IMG/VR virus record: IMGVR_UViG_3300036546_000318
From: a virus
Length of the DNA stretch: 39,705 nucleotides
Reading direction: 5' to 3' (one strand)
Part shown: one piece after another, positions 33,042 to 39,705 of the stretch
How the letters are laid out: each line of letters opens with the position of its first letter
How positions within the stretch are numbered: position 1 is the first letter of the stretch
The notes under the pieces: model-generated
What the model was told of the DNA's origin: nothing
Databases searched by the model: none
The model's input: the letters and a program-made list of their open reading frames with translations, nothing else
Position numbers and translations under genes: made by a program

Positions 33042-34026
33042 GATTGAATGGACAGACCAGACTTTGAACCCTGCCGTGGGTTGCTCACCAGTCTCTCCGG
33101 CCTGCGACAACTGTTACGCCGTGCGCATGGCCACCCGCTTGGCGGCGAATCCGAAAACCGCCCTCCGGTATGACGGCGTTGTCGCCGACGGGAGCTGGAC
33201 AGGGCGGGTAAATCTTTTCCCGGAGGTGATGGAAAAGGCGCTGCGCAGAAAGAGGCCAACCCGCTTTTTTGTCGGCTCCATGACGGACCTGTTTCACCCG
33301 AACATCCCGCTGCACTTCCTGGACAAGATTTTCGCCTACATGTGCGTCGCTCCGCAGCATGTCTTCCAGATCCTGACCAAGCGGCCTGAACGCATGAGGG
33401 AGTATGCCTCCAGCATGTACACGGTCGGATGGAAGCGCCGGCTCCAGATGCAGCTGCCACCGGAGCTGCAGCGAAGCAAAGTCTGGCGCGACTGCAATTC
33501 TCCCGTTGCAAACGTCTGGCTCGGAGTGACCGCGGAGAATCAGCTGCAGGCGGACAAGCGCATCCCTGCTCTGATCGAAACACCGGCGGCCGTGCGCTTT
33601 GTGAGCGTGGAGCCGTGCCTGGGCGAGGTGCATTTGGAGCCGTATCTTCTGAGCTCCTACGACAAAGCGGCTCACGATGCGCAAATGACCGGAGAGGAGC
33701 TCCGAACAGACAAACTGGACTGGGTGATATGCGGCGGAGAAACAGGCCCCGGCTCCCGGCCCATGCACCCCGATTGGGCGCGGAGCCTTCGAGAGCAATG
33801 TGACACATGGGGAACCCCGTTCTTTTTCAAGCAGTGGGGAGGCTGGGGGTTTGCCGGGGGCGACTGCACCCACTTCCTGCACACGAACGGGGCCCTGCGG
33901 ACCATGGGACAGAGAGGCGCAGACGGCAAAGGCGAGTGGCCATGCGCCCGTGTCGGGAAAAAGAAAGCCGGACACCTGCTCGACGGCCGTGAATGGCGGG
34001 AGTTTCCGAAGGTGGAGCTCAAGTAA
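33034..34026 (+). CDS. DUF5131 (phage Gp37/Gp68 family) protein
   Basis: ATG at 33034 after aaaggaga. Hallmark N-terminus IEWTDQTLNPAVGCSPVSPACDNCYA, and a C-terminal motif WVICGGETGPGSRPMHPDW...FFFKQWGGW. Confidence 0.8.
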   Translation: MSKIEWTDQTLNPAVGCSPVSPACDNCYAVRMATRLAANPKTALRYDGVVADGSWTGRVNLFPEVMEKALRRKRPTRFFVGSMTDLFHPNIPLHFLDKIFAYMCVAPQHVFQILTKRPERMREYASSMYTVGWKRRLQMQLPPELQRSKVWRDCNSPVANVWLGVTAENQLQADKRIPALIETPAAVRFVSVEPCLGEVHLEPYLLSSYDKAAHDAQMTGEELRTDKLDWVICGGETGPGSRPMHPDWARSLREQCDTWGTPFFFKQWGGWGFAGGDCTHFLHTNGALRTMGQRGADGKGEWPCARVGKKKAGHLLDGREWREFPKVELK

Positions 34027-34100
34027 ATCCTTCGCCGTGATTGATAGTGCAAGTTATTTTCTATAACTATACACGAATCAATCAAAAACGGAGGTACGAT

Positions 34101-34757
34101 ATGGCTCTACTAGACGGACACGGGCAGCCTGTTATCAGGTATGGAGCAAAAAGGATTCAGGACAGAGACATGGACGAGCTCATTGGAATATGTCGGGGCA
34201 TTATTGCTGATGAGGTTGTGGTGGAACAGGAGGCTCGGTTTCTCCTCAGGTGGCTTAACAAGAGGAGGGAAAGTATCGACACCTGGCACGGGCAACTCTT
34301 GTACGACAGAGTCAAAGAATACCTCTCCGACGGGGTGTGGTCAGCTGACGAACAAAAGAACTTCAGCCAGCTGGTCAAGAAGTTTGTTGGCGTAGACGGG
34401 AGAGATCCTGTCGAAGCCGGGAGGTCTTGCCAGCTTCCAGTCGACAACCCACAGCCGGAAATCATTTTCCAGGAAAAGGTTTTTGTGGCCACTGGCAAGT
34501 TCGCAACCGGGCTGCGACCAAAGGTCGAGGCAATGATCAAGGCTCGCGGTGGCGAAGTAAAGTCCGGCGTGAGCAAAAAGATCAACTATTTGGTCATTGG
34601 AGACTTTTCCAGCAAAGACTGGATCCACACCTCCTACGGTCGGAAGATTGAACGCGCTGCAGAGCTTCGTGAGCAAGGAGCCCCGATCAGCATCGTCAAC
34701 GAAGAACACTGGTACCTGGCTTGCGCCTCCTGCGAGTCGCCGGCCGGACTGCCGTAG
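34101..34757 (+). CDS. BRCT domain-containing protein (unknown N-terminal domain)
   Basis: ATG at 34101 after acggaggt. The C-terminal part, KVFVATGKF...RPKVEAMIKARGGEVKSGVSKKINYLVIGD...SYGRKIERAAEL, matches the LigA-type BRCT pattern. It is preceded by an AT-rich 74-nt gap. Confidence 0.7.
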   Translation: MALLDGHGQPVIRYGAKRIQDRDMDELIGICRGIIADEVVVEQEARFLLRWLNKRRESIDTWHGQLLYDRVKEYLSDGVWSADEQKNFSQLVKKFVGVDGRDPVEAGRSCQLPVDNPQPEIIFQEKVFVATGKFATGLRPKVEAMIKARGGEVKSGVSKKINYLVIGDFSSKDWIHTSYGRKIERAAELREQGAPISIVNEEHWYLACASCESPAGLP

Positions 34758-34819
34758 CTCTTGACATTATGAAAACAGTTATGGCAAAGACGGGATTACG
34801 GAGCGTCGAAACTCCAGAA

Positions 34820-34854
34820 GGCGGACACCGCCTCCCGTCAGCAGCGGTTTTTTT
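34820..34854 (+). terminator. Weak putative terminator after the BRCT gene
   Basis: ggcgg-aca-ccgcc hairpin plus a 4-bp ccgc/gcgg stem ending at a T7 run (34848-34854). Confidence 0.35.
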
Positions 34855-35032
34855 GCGTCCAGGCAAGACCGACCCGCCATAATTGGACGACAAAACAATA
34901 CCAGCCAGCTTTTGCCGGGAGTGGGGAAATGTCCAGGGCGTAAGCCTAAAATACCCAGCCTCGCCTTCTGAGGTTCGAACTCCCGGCTTTTCTATTAAGA
35001 AGGGCCCATTCGAAAACAGAAGGAGACCTATC

Positions 35033-35290
35033 GTGAACCCCCACCTGTATCACCAGTCGGCTACGCGCCTGCGCTGCCGCCGCGAGCAGCTGCAATCCCT
35101 CAGCACCCGCTTCACCGCCCTGCTCTGGGCCATGACCAGCTACCTCGACGAGCAAGAAGATACCGTCCTTGACGGCCTGTCCGAGTTTATGAACGACATC
35201 GACCGCGACCTCCGCCGCTTAAACGACGACGTGGATCGCGACGTGCGCGACATAGGCCAGAGCCTCTTCTCTGGAGGTGCCCATGTCTAA
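35033..35290 (+). CDS. Hypothetical coiled-coil protein
   Basis: The preferred start is GTG 35033, 7 nt after aggag; the track's TTG 34883 start has no RBS. The protein is 85 aa and acidic/helical. Confidence 0.5.
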   Translation: MNPHLYHQSATRLRCRREQLQSLSTRFTALLWAMTSYLDEQEDTVLDGLSEFMNDIDRDLRRLNDDVDRDVRDIGQSLFSGGAHV

Positions 35291-36083
35291 TCTCATCCCC
35301 TTTGACTTTGACGGTGACGCCGTGCGCGTCGTCATGCAGGGCGCTGCCCCTTGGTTTATCTTCAAGGATCTTTGCAGGTGCTTAGACCTCACTTGGAAGG
35401 GGTCCGACAGTACTGGTACCCCCTTGGATGAAGATGAAAGAAGCACTGTGGTGGCAGAGACTCCCGGCGGTCCGCAAAAGGTCTCCGCCGTTTCCGAGTC
35501 TGGCCTGTATTCCTTGATCTTCACCAGCCGGAAGCCAGAAGCTAAGCGATTCCGCAAGTGGGTCACTTCCGAAGTGCTTCCAACCATTCGCACCACAGGA
35601 AGGTATGAGGCTCAAAAATTCGCACCGGCAACGCCTTCGATTCCAGCCTCTTTGACGCTCAAACCATCCCTTCGTGGCCAGGCCATGCGTGCGGCAGTGC
35701 AAACCGCCCGGCTCTCCGGCGGCACGGAGGAGGATGTCAAGCGGCTGTATGAAGAGTTCTGCGGGCTGTTCGCCGCCCGCCCGGACCGGCCCAACCTACG
35801 CGACGGCCTGCCGTTCCCGGAGAATCAGGGACTTGTGGAGGAGTTCATTGCGGAAGAAATGACCATCGTAGACATCGACCCGAGCATCCCCACACCCCGA
35901 CACATGAAGACGCAGGCCAAGGATCTCTACGAGATGTTCCGCGTGTGGTGCCGCGGCCGGGGGACCCCCTCAAGGGACATCCCGACGCACAACCTCTTTG
36001 GCAGGTCGATCAAGATCATCCCCGGAGTGGAGCGGACAACACCCAAAAACAAGGTGTTCTACAACATCGTTCCACGCCCTTAG
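35283..36083 (+). CDS. Bro-N domain protein (antirepressor-type) with a C-terminal domain resembling the primase-helicase C-terminus
   Basis: N-terminus: FDFDGDAVRVV...PWFIFKDLCRCLDL ... SESGLYSLIFTSRKPEAKRFRKWVTSEVLPTIRTTGRY. C-terminus: KTQAKDLYEMFRVWC...PKNKVFYNI, compared with KTQMKHIYEAFRKWS...PKNLVFYNI in the 26271-27944 product. Confidence 0.75.
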   Translation: MSNLIPFDFDGDAVRVVMQGAAPWFIFKDLCRCLDLTWKGSDSTGTPLDEDERSTVVAETPGGPQKVSAVSESGLYSLIFTSRKPEAKRFRKWVTSEVLPTIRTTGRYEAQKFAPATPSIPASLTLKPSLRGQAMRAAVQTARLSGGTEEDVKRLYEEFCGLFAARPDRPNLRDGLPFPENQGLVEEFIAEEMTIVDIDPSIPTPRHMKTQAKDLYEMFRVWCRGRGTPSRDIPTHNLFGRSIKIIPGVERTTPKNKVFYNIVPRP

Positions 36084-36113
36084 GCACGCCCCTTGCTTTA
36101 TAATATGATACCA

Positions 36114-36153
36114 GCCCCCTGAATGGAGCCTCTCCCGGCACTGTTCAGGGGGC
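36114..36153 (+). terminator. Hairpin after the Bro gene (10-bp stem, 20-nt loop)
   Basis: gccccctgaa (36114-36123) pairs with ttcagggggc (36144-36153) and is followed only by ttt. A perfect TATAAT hexamer lies just upstream at 36099-36104. Confidence 0.45.
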
Positions 36154-36159
36154 TTTCGT

Positions 36160-36208
36160 GTAGCAAAACTCCACGTGTAGCAATTTGCTAATGCTGGAGT
36201 TTTACTAC
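36160..36208. promoter_or_regulatory. Nested inverted repeat upstream of the head genes
   Basis: Outer 14-bp arms gtagcaaaactcca / tggagttttactac (one mismatch) enclose the perfect palindrome tagcaa-t-ttgcta (36178-36190). The direct repeat gtgtagcaa occurs twice. Confidence 0.55.
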
Positions 36209-36281
36209 GCCGTAGATATAGACTTTCCCCTCCCTGCTGGTAATTTCGACGCATTATTACCGCCGCACGAAAACACGGCGA

Positions 36282-36512
36282 ATGGAGTCGAAACAAATGG
36301 CAGAAGATCCCAAACAGGTTGAAGATATTTTAGAATCTTCCATTGAGCAGGCAGCGCAAGTGGAAGAATACGAGGGATACGGGCGAAGGGTAAAGCGCCC
36401 CAATCTGACAACGCTCCTCAACGCACGCGAGGAGCTGGGCGGCGAAGACCGTGTCCGTCGCCAAGGCAACATCCTTGCCCGCGCCGGCAACGTCACAGCG
36501 AGGCGTGGATAA
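36282..36512 (+). CDS. Head-tail joining protein gpW-like
   Basis: 71-76 aa, starting at ATG 36282 or 36297. Its stop overlaps the portal ATG. The YGRRVKRPNLTTLLNAREEL pattern and the position before the portal match lambda gpW. Confidence 0.5.
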   Translation: MESKQMAEDPKQVEDILESSIEQAAQVEEYEGYGRRVKRPNLTTLLNAREELGGEDRVRRQGNILARAGNVTARRG

Positions 36513-38017
36513 TGCGCAAGCCCGTTGTCCCATCACGCCGCGCATCCCGCGCCAAGCACGCCCGCCGCTCCAGCGCGTCTCTCCAGGGAGCGCTTTCCAA
36601 CTGGACCAACTCCGTTGTCAGCCGCCGGGAGGCTGAACGGCAGATCGAACGCGCCAGCGAGCGTGCCCTGGATCTCTATCACAACGACGCCATGGCACAC
36701 GGCGTTCTGGAGTCGCTGGTGGTTGAGGCGGTGGGCATAGGACTCACGCCCCAGCCGGCACCCAGAACAGACTGGGTCGGCCGGACGCCGGAATGGGAAG
36801 CCGAATTTCAGTCCGCCGCCTCCCGCTGCTGGGAGGAGTGGGGACTCGACTGTAGACACTGGTGCGACGCCACGCGCCGTCTGAATATTTACGGCCTGCA
36901 AGCTCTCGCCTACTTCCAATGGAAGCTGCTGGGAGTGGGCGTCTTTCAGGTCGTAGCAAAGCCCCGGCCCGGAGCCCCGTTCTCTACCTGTCTCCTCCCT
37001 ATCGACCCCTTCCGGCTCGTCACACCCTCCGATCTCGCCGACAGAGACATCTACGACGGCGTCCAGATCGACAGGGATGGCGAGCCGGAAAAGGTCTGGA
37101 TCCGCAAGCCCGGGGCACTTTCCATGCGCCCCCCGTCCTCCGATTGCACATCGTTCGATGTGTACGACAAGACGACCGGCCTCCCCAGGTTCCTCCTTGT
37201 CAGCGATGTCCGCAATGTCGCTGAATACCGTCAAGACTCCGTGCTAGGTCCCATGATCGGTGAGATACGCCATTCCAATGACCTGGCGGAGGCCGCAGTC
37301 GTCGGCGCCATGGTGCGCAACCTCTTTACTCTCTTCATCAACGACTTCGGGCAGGGGGCCATTGACCGCAACACCCCATGGCACCAGCGAGTGATGGAGC
37401 TGGAAAAGGGCACTGTGCTGTTCGGATCCGGCAAGGAAAAGCCGACATTCTTCCAGCCCGACGCAGCCCCTTCGCGCTACTCCGAAATGTTCGGGGCGAT
37501 TATCGACCGTCTGGGGATGTCCACCGGACGTGGCGCAGAAAACGTCATGCGCAAGTTCCAGGCCAGCTACTCCGCAAGCAAGGCGTCCATGGAGAAGGCG
37601 GAGCAGTTCAACGAGTTTGAACACCGCGTCGTGAACGACCAGTTCAACCAGCCCATCTGGGCGTGGATCCTTTACGAAGCCACCCTGCGCGACAGGTTGC
37701 CGCTGACCCCCGAAGAATATCGCTCCAACCTGTACGCATACAGCCACGCCGAACACCTTGCCCAGCCCATGCGCCAGATCGACCGCGAAAAAGCGGCGAA
37801 GGCCTCTGTGCTCGAGCTCGGAAGCCACACCACGAGCTATCGCGCCATCTTTGGTCGCAACGGCCACGACTGGCGCGAAGGCCTCCGACAGGTGGCCAAG
37901 GAAAAGGCGTTCATCAAGAACCTGGAGGGAGAGTACGGCGTGGACATGAGTTCCTACAAGATTCCCGACTCCGCATGGAAGACGGAAGAACAGAGCGAGG
38001 ATGACGATGAAAGTTAG
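36512..38017 (+). CDS. Portal protein (lambda gpB family)
   Basis: 501 aa, between the gpW-like and S49 protease genes, with an acidic C-terminus. Confidence 0.8.
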   Translation: MRKPVVPSRRASRAKHARRSSASLQGALSNWTNSVVSRREAERQIERASERALDLYHNDAMAHGVLESLVVEAVGIGLTPQPAPRTDWVGRTPEWEAEFQSAASRCWEEWGLDCRHWCDATRRLNIYGLQALAYFQWKLLGVGVFQVVAKPRPGAPFSTCLLPIDPFRLVTPSDLADRDIYDGVQIDRDGEPEKVWIRKPGALSMRPPSSDCTSFDVYDKTTGLPRFLLVSDVRNVAEYRQDSVLGPMIGEIRHSNDLAEAAVVGAMVRNLFTLFINDFGQGAIDRNTPWHQRVMELEKGTVLFGSGKEKPTFFQPDAAPSRYSEMFGAIIDRLGMSTGRGAENVMRKFQASYSASKASMEKAEQFNEFEHRVVNDQFNQPIWAWILYEATLRDRLPLTPEEYRSNLYAYSHAEHLAQPMRQIDREKAAKASVLELGSHTTSYRAIFGRNGHDWREGLRQVAKEKAFIKNLEGEYGVDMSSYKIPDSAWKTEEQSEDDDES

Positions 38018-39371
38018 AGCGAAGCGGGCCTTCTCCGCCCTTGTGGGCGAAGTGTGGGCCCTTGAACCGAACAAGATGGAACAGGTGGCGGACTTTGCCC
38101 AGGCAATGCTGGAAGGCCGCGCCGGCAGTGGTGAAATTTTTGCGCAGCTGGCGGGAGAGTCCGACAGTGCCTCCCGTCCCTACGCCGTCGTGAACAACGT
38201 GGCCGTTGTGCCCGTCAACGGCGTAATCGCCCGTCGGTTGAACCTCTTCTCCGCCATATCCGGCGGGTGCAGCACGGAGCTGGTCGGCAAGCAGATCCGC
38301 CAGGCCGCAAACGACGAAGACGTTCGGGCCATCGTGCTGGACATCGACTCCCCCGGCGGCGGCGTATTCGGCCTGAACGACCTGGCCGAAACCATCGCCC
38401 GGGTGCGCGAGTCCGGAAAGCCTGTCATCTCCCACACCTCCGAGCTGATGTGTTCCGCTGCCTATTGGATCGGCAGCGCGGCGCAGGAAATGATCTGCAC
38501 CGCAGACGCGCAGGTGGGTTCCATCGGCGTGGCGGCGATGCACTTCGACTACTCGGAACGCGACAAGAAAGAGGGCATCACCAGAACCGTTCTGTCCGCC
38601 GGACACTACAAGCGGCTGGCATCCGACGAAAAGCCTTTGTCCGAAGAAGGCAGGGAATACCTGCAGGAGCGGGTCGACCACTATTATTCGCTGTTCGTCG
38701 ACGCCGTTGCGCAGCATCGAGGCATCTCCGCTGAAGAGGTGATCGAAAAGCTGGCGGACGGCTCGACTCACATAGGCCACGAAGCCCAGAAGAGAGGCTT
38801 CGTTCATTCCATCGGCAATCTGGACTTCGCCATTTCGCGAGCTCTGGAGCTGTCCGAACAACCCAACCAGGAGGAACATATGCCCACCGGAACCTCTTCC
38901 GCTGGTGACACCGACGCCCGTGGCGGCGATTCCGGTGTCATGAACCTGTCCGCGGTGACTGCCGAGCAGCTTTCCGCCTCCAACCCCAACCTCGCAGCAG
39001 AGCTGGAAGCCCGAGGCGCAGCCGCTGAGCGAGCCCGAGTCGTGGATTTGTTCGAAGCTCAGGCCGACATGGACATGACCCTGGAAGCGGTCAAGTCCGG
39101 AGCCGACCCCAAGGATTTTTACAAGGCCACGCTGGCCGCTGAACGCAAAGGCAAGAAAGAAGCGCTCAGCGAGTTTGAGCAGAGCATGGGCGAATCCGCC
39201 GGCCAGGATGGCCAGAACCAGTCTTCCACCGCCGCGGAAGGATTCGAAGCCCTGGTGGAAGGTCACATGAACACGGCGAAGTGCTCCAAGGGTGAAGCCA
39301 TCATAGCCATGGCTCGCCGTCACCCCGACGCCCACACGGCTTGGCTCGCCGGCAAGAACCAGGAGAAGTAA
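38001..39371 (+). CDS. Head maturation protease (S49/ClpP-like, lambda gpC-type) fused to a scaffold domain
   Basis: 456 aa. The S49-like core is IVLDIDSPGGGV...SAAYWIGSAA, and the C-terminal 160 aa are helical/charged and scaffold-like. Confidence 0.8.
   Translation: MTMKVRAKRAFSALVGEVWALEPNKMEQVADFAQAMLEGRAGSGEIFAQLAGESDSASRPYAVVNNVAVVPVNGVIARRLNLFSAISGGCSTELVGKQIRQAANDEDVRAIVLDIDSPGGGVFGLNDLAETIARVRESGKPVISHTSELMCSAAYWIGSAAQEMICTADAQVGSIGVAAMHFDYSERDKKEGITRTVLSAGHYKRLASDEKPLSEEGREYLQERVDHYYSLFVDAVAQHRGISAEEVIEKLADGSTHIGHEAQKRGFVHSIGNLDFAISRALELSEQPNQEEHMPTGTSSAGDTDARGGDSGVMNLSAVTAEQLSASNPNLAAELEARGAAAERARVVDLFEAQADMDMTLEAVKSGADPKDFYKATLAAERKGKKEALSEFEQSMGESAGQDGQNQSSTAAEGFEALVEGHMNTAKCSKGEAIIAMARRHPDAHTAWLAGKNQEK
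38880..39371 (+). CDS. Candidate nested in-frame scaffold protein (lambda Nu3 analogue)
   Basis: An internal ATG at 38880 lies 5 nt after caggagg, in the same frame as the protease gene. Confidence 0.45.
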   Translation: MPTGTSSAGDTDARGGDSGVMNLSAVTAEQLSASNPNLAAELEARGAAAERARVVDLFEAQADMDMTLEAVKSGADPKDFYKATLAAERKGKKEALSEFEQSMGESAGQDGQNQSSTAAEGFEALVEGHMNTAKCSKGEAIIAMARRHPDAHTAWLAGKNQEK

Positions 39372-39374
39372 CCC

Positions 39375-39705
39375 ATGAGCTACAACGATTATGGAATCGG
39401 GTCCCACCCCGCAGCTGAAGATATCGTCGAAGGACGTCGCGTGGAGTTCAACTCCAGCGGCCAGGTGGTTCACGCCCCGGCCACCCGTCTTGGTGTCGGG
39501 GTTTCCCGCATCTCGCAAAAGACCGGCGACCCCATCGGAGTCGCGTACTGGAACAAGCCGGGCACGCATCACCTTGAAGTGCGCGGCGCGATCGACATCG
39601 GCGAAGACGTCTTCGCCGCTCCGAGCGGCACTGTCCAGGCCCTGCCCACCGCCGCCGGCGACTACATCAAAGTCGGCGTGGCCCTCGAGGCCGCTGCCGA
39701 AGACG
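39375..39705 (+). CDS. Head decoration/cement protein (DUF2190-like), 5' part; continues at 128-186 after collapsing the overlap
   Basis: ATG at 39375 after aggag, with no stop before the window end. It encodes MSYNDYGIGSHPAAEDIVEGRRVEFNSSGQVVHA... Confidence 0.6.
   Translation, partial: MSYNDYGIGSHPAAEDIVEGRRVEFNSSGQVVHAPATRLGVGVSRISQKTGDPIGVAYWNKPGTHHLEVRGAIDIGEDVFAAPSGTVQALPTAAGDYIKVGVALEAAAED
39579..39705. repeat. Terminal overlap, copy 2 (identical to 1-127)
   Basis: See copy 1. Confidence 0.95.

Larger units (their letters stand above)
1..39578. mobile_element. Complete circular temperate myovirus genome (unit length 39,578 bp) with integrase/attP, lysogeny switch and a DGR
   Basis: Bases 1-127 equal 39579-39705, and the ORF starting at 39375 runs in frame into 1-186. 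Head, tail, lysis, replication, packaging and integration modules are all present. Confidence 0.85.

Noticed and set aside
34761-34790. TTGACA hexamer after the BRCT gene as a promoter
   Set aside because: No acceptable -10 hexamer lies at 16-18 bp spacing (gcaaag / ggcaaa).
34914-34987. 74-nt tRNA-like element (7-bp closing stem gccggga/tcccggc, internal GGTTCGAAC, followed by TTTT)
   Set aside because: The length and the T-loop-like motif suggested a tRNA. However, no cloverleaf fits: the T stem would compete with the acceptor stem, there is no 7-nt anticodon loop, and the inner hairpin is ggc-gtaa-gcc. It may be a small structured RNA or a tRNA-end remnant marking a recombination scar, but the evidence is too weak to call.

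Overview
The window is one complete, circularly closed genome of a GC-rich temperate phage with a contractile tail. Bases 1-127 repeat exactly at 39579-39705, giving a unit length of 39,578 bp. Almost all genes are on the + strand; only the CI-like repressor and the integrase are on the - strand.

The architecture is mosaic:
- A lambda-like packaging and head module: Nu1-like small terminase, gpA-type large terminase, gpW, portal, S49 protease-scaffold, DUF2190-like decoration protein and gpE-like capsid.
- A P2-like lysis and tail module: holin, DUF5675 lysin, sheath, tube, E/E' chaperone with a TTTTTTG -1 frameshift, tape measure, X, D, V, U, W, J, I and fibre genes.

The main finding is a complete diversity-generating retroelement (DGR) at the end of the fibre module. 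It comprises VR1, a tetraloop hairpin, a small ORF, avd, a 98-nt TR rich in AAC codons, and the RT. VR1 differs from TR at 18 positions, 17 of them TR adenines.

A second variable region, VR2, lies 4.7 kb downstream of the RT in the early/lysogeny region. It differs from TR at 9 positions, all adenines. Its host gene is an in-frame fusion of a small MazG-like (EExxE) N-terminal domain to a recently duplicated copy of the fibre's C-terminal lectin-like module. That is an unusual, apparently non-structural DGR target.

Other points worth a second look:
- attP built on the 3' part of a tRNA-Met(CAU) gene, flanked by five 11-bp-phased pairs of TTTGCCCC repeats.
- A 35% GC polypyrimidine/polypurine island between the two replication genes.
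- A 3.5-kb accessory island inserted between the terminase and gpW/portal, carrying an Ogr/Delta-like zinc finger, a Cys-rich ORF, DUF5131, a BRCT protein and a Bro-N protein.
- A densely structured noncoding region upstream of the head genes.
- An intrinsic-terminator-like element between TR and the RT.

All functional calls come from motif recognition by eye and gene order. No database search was run.
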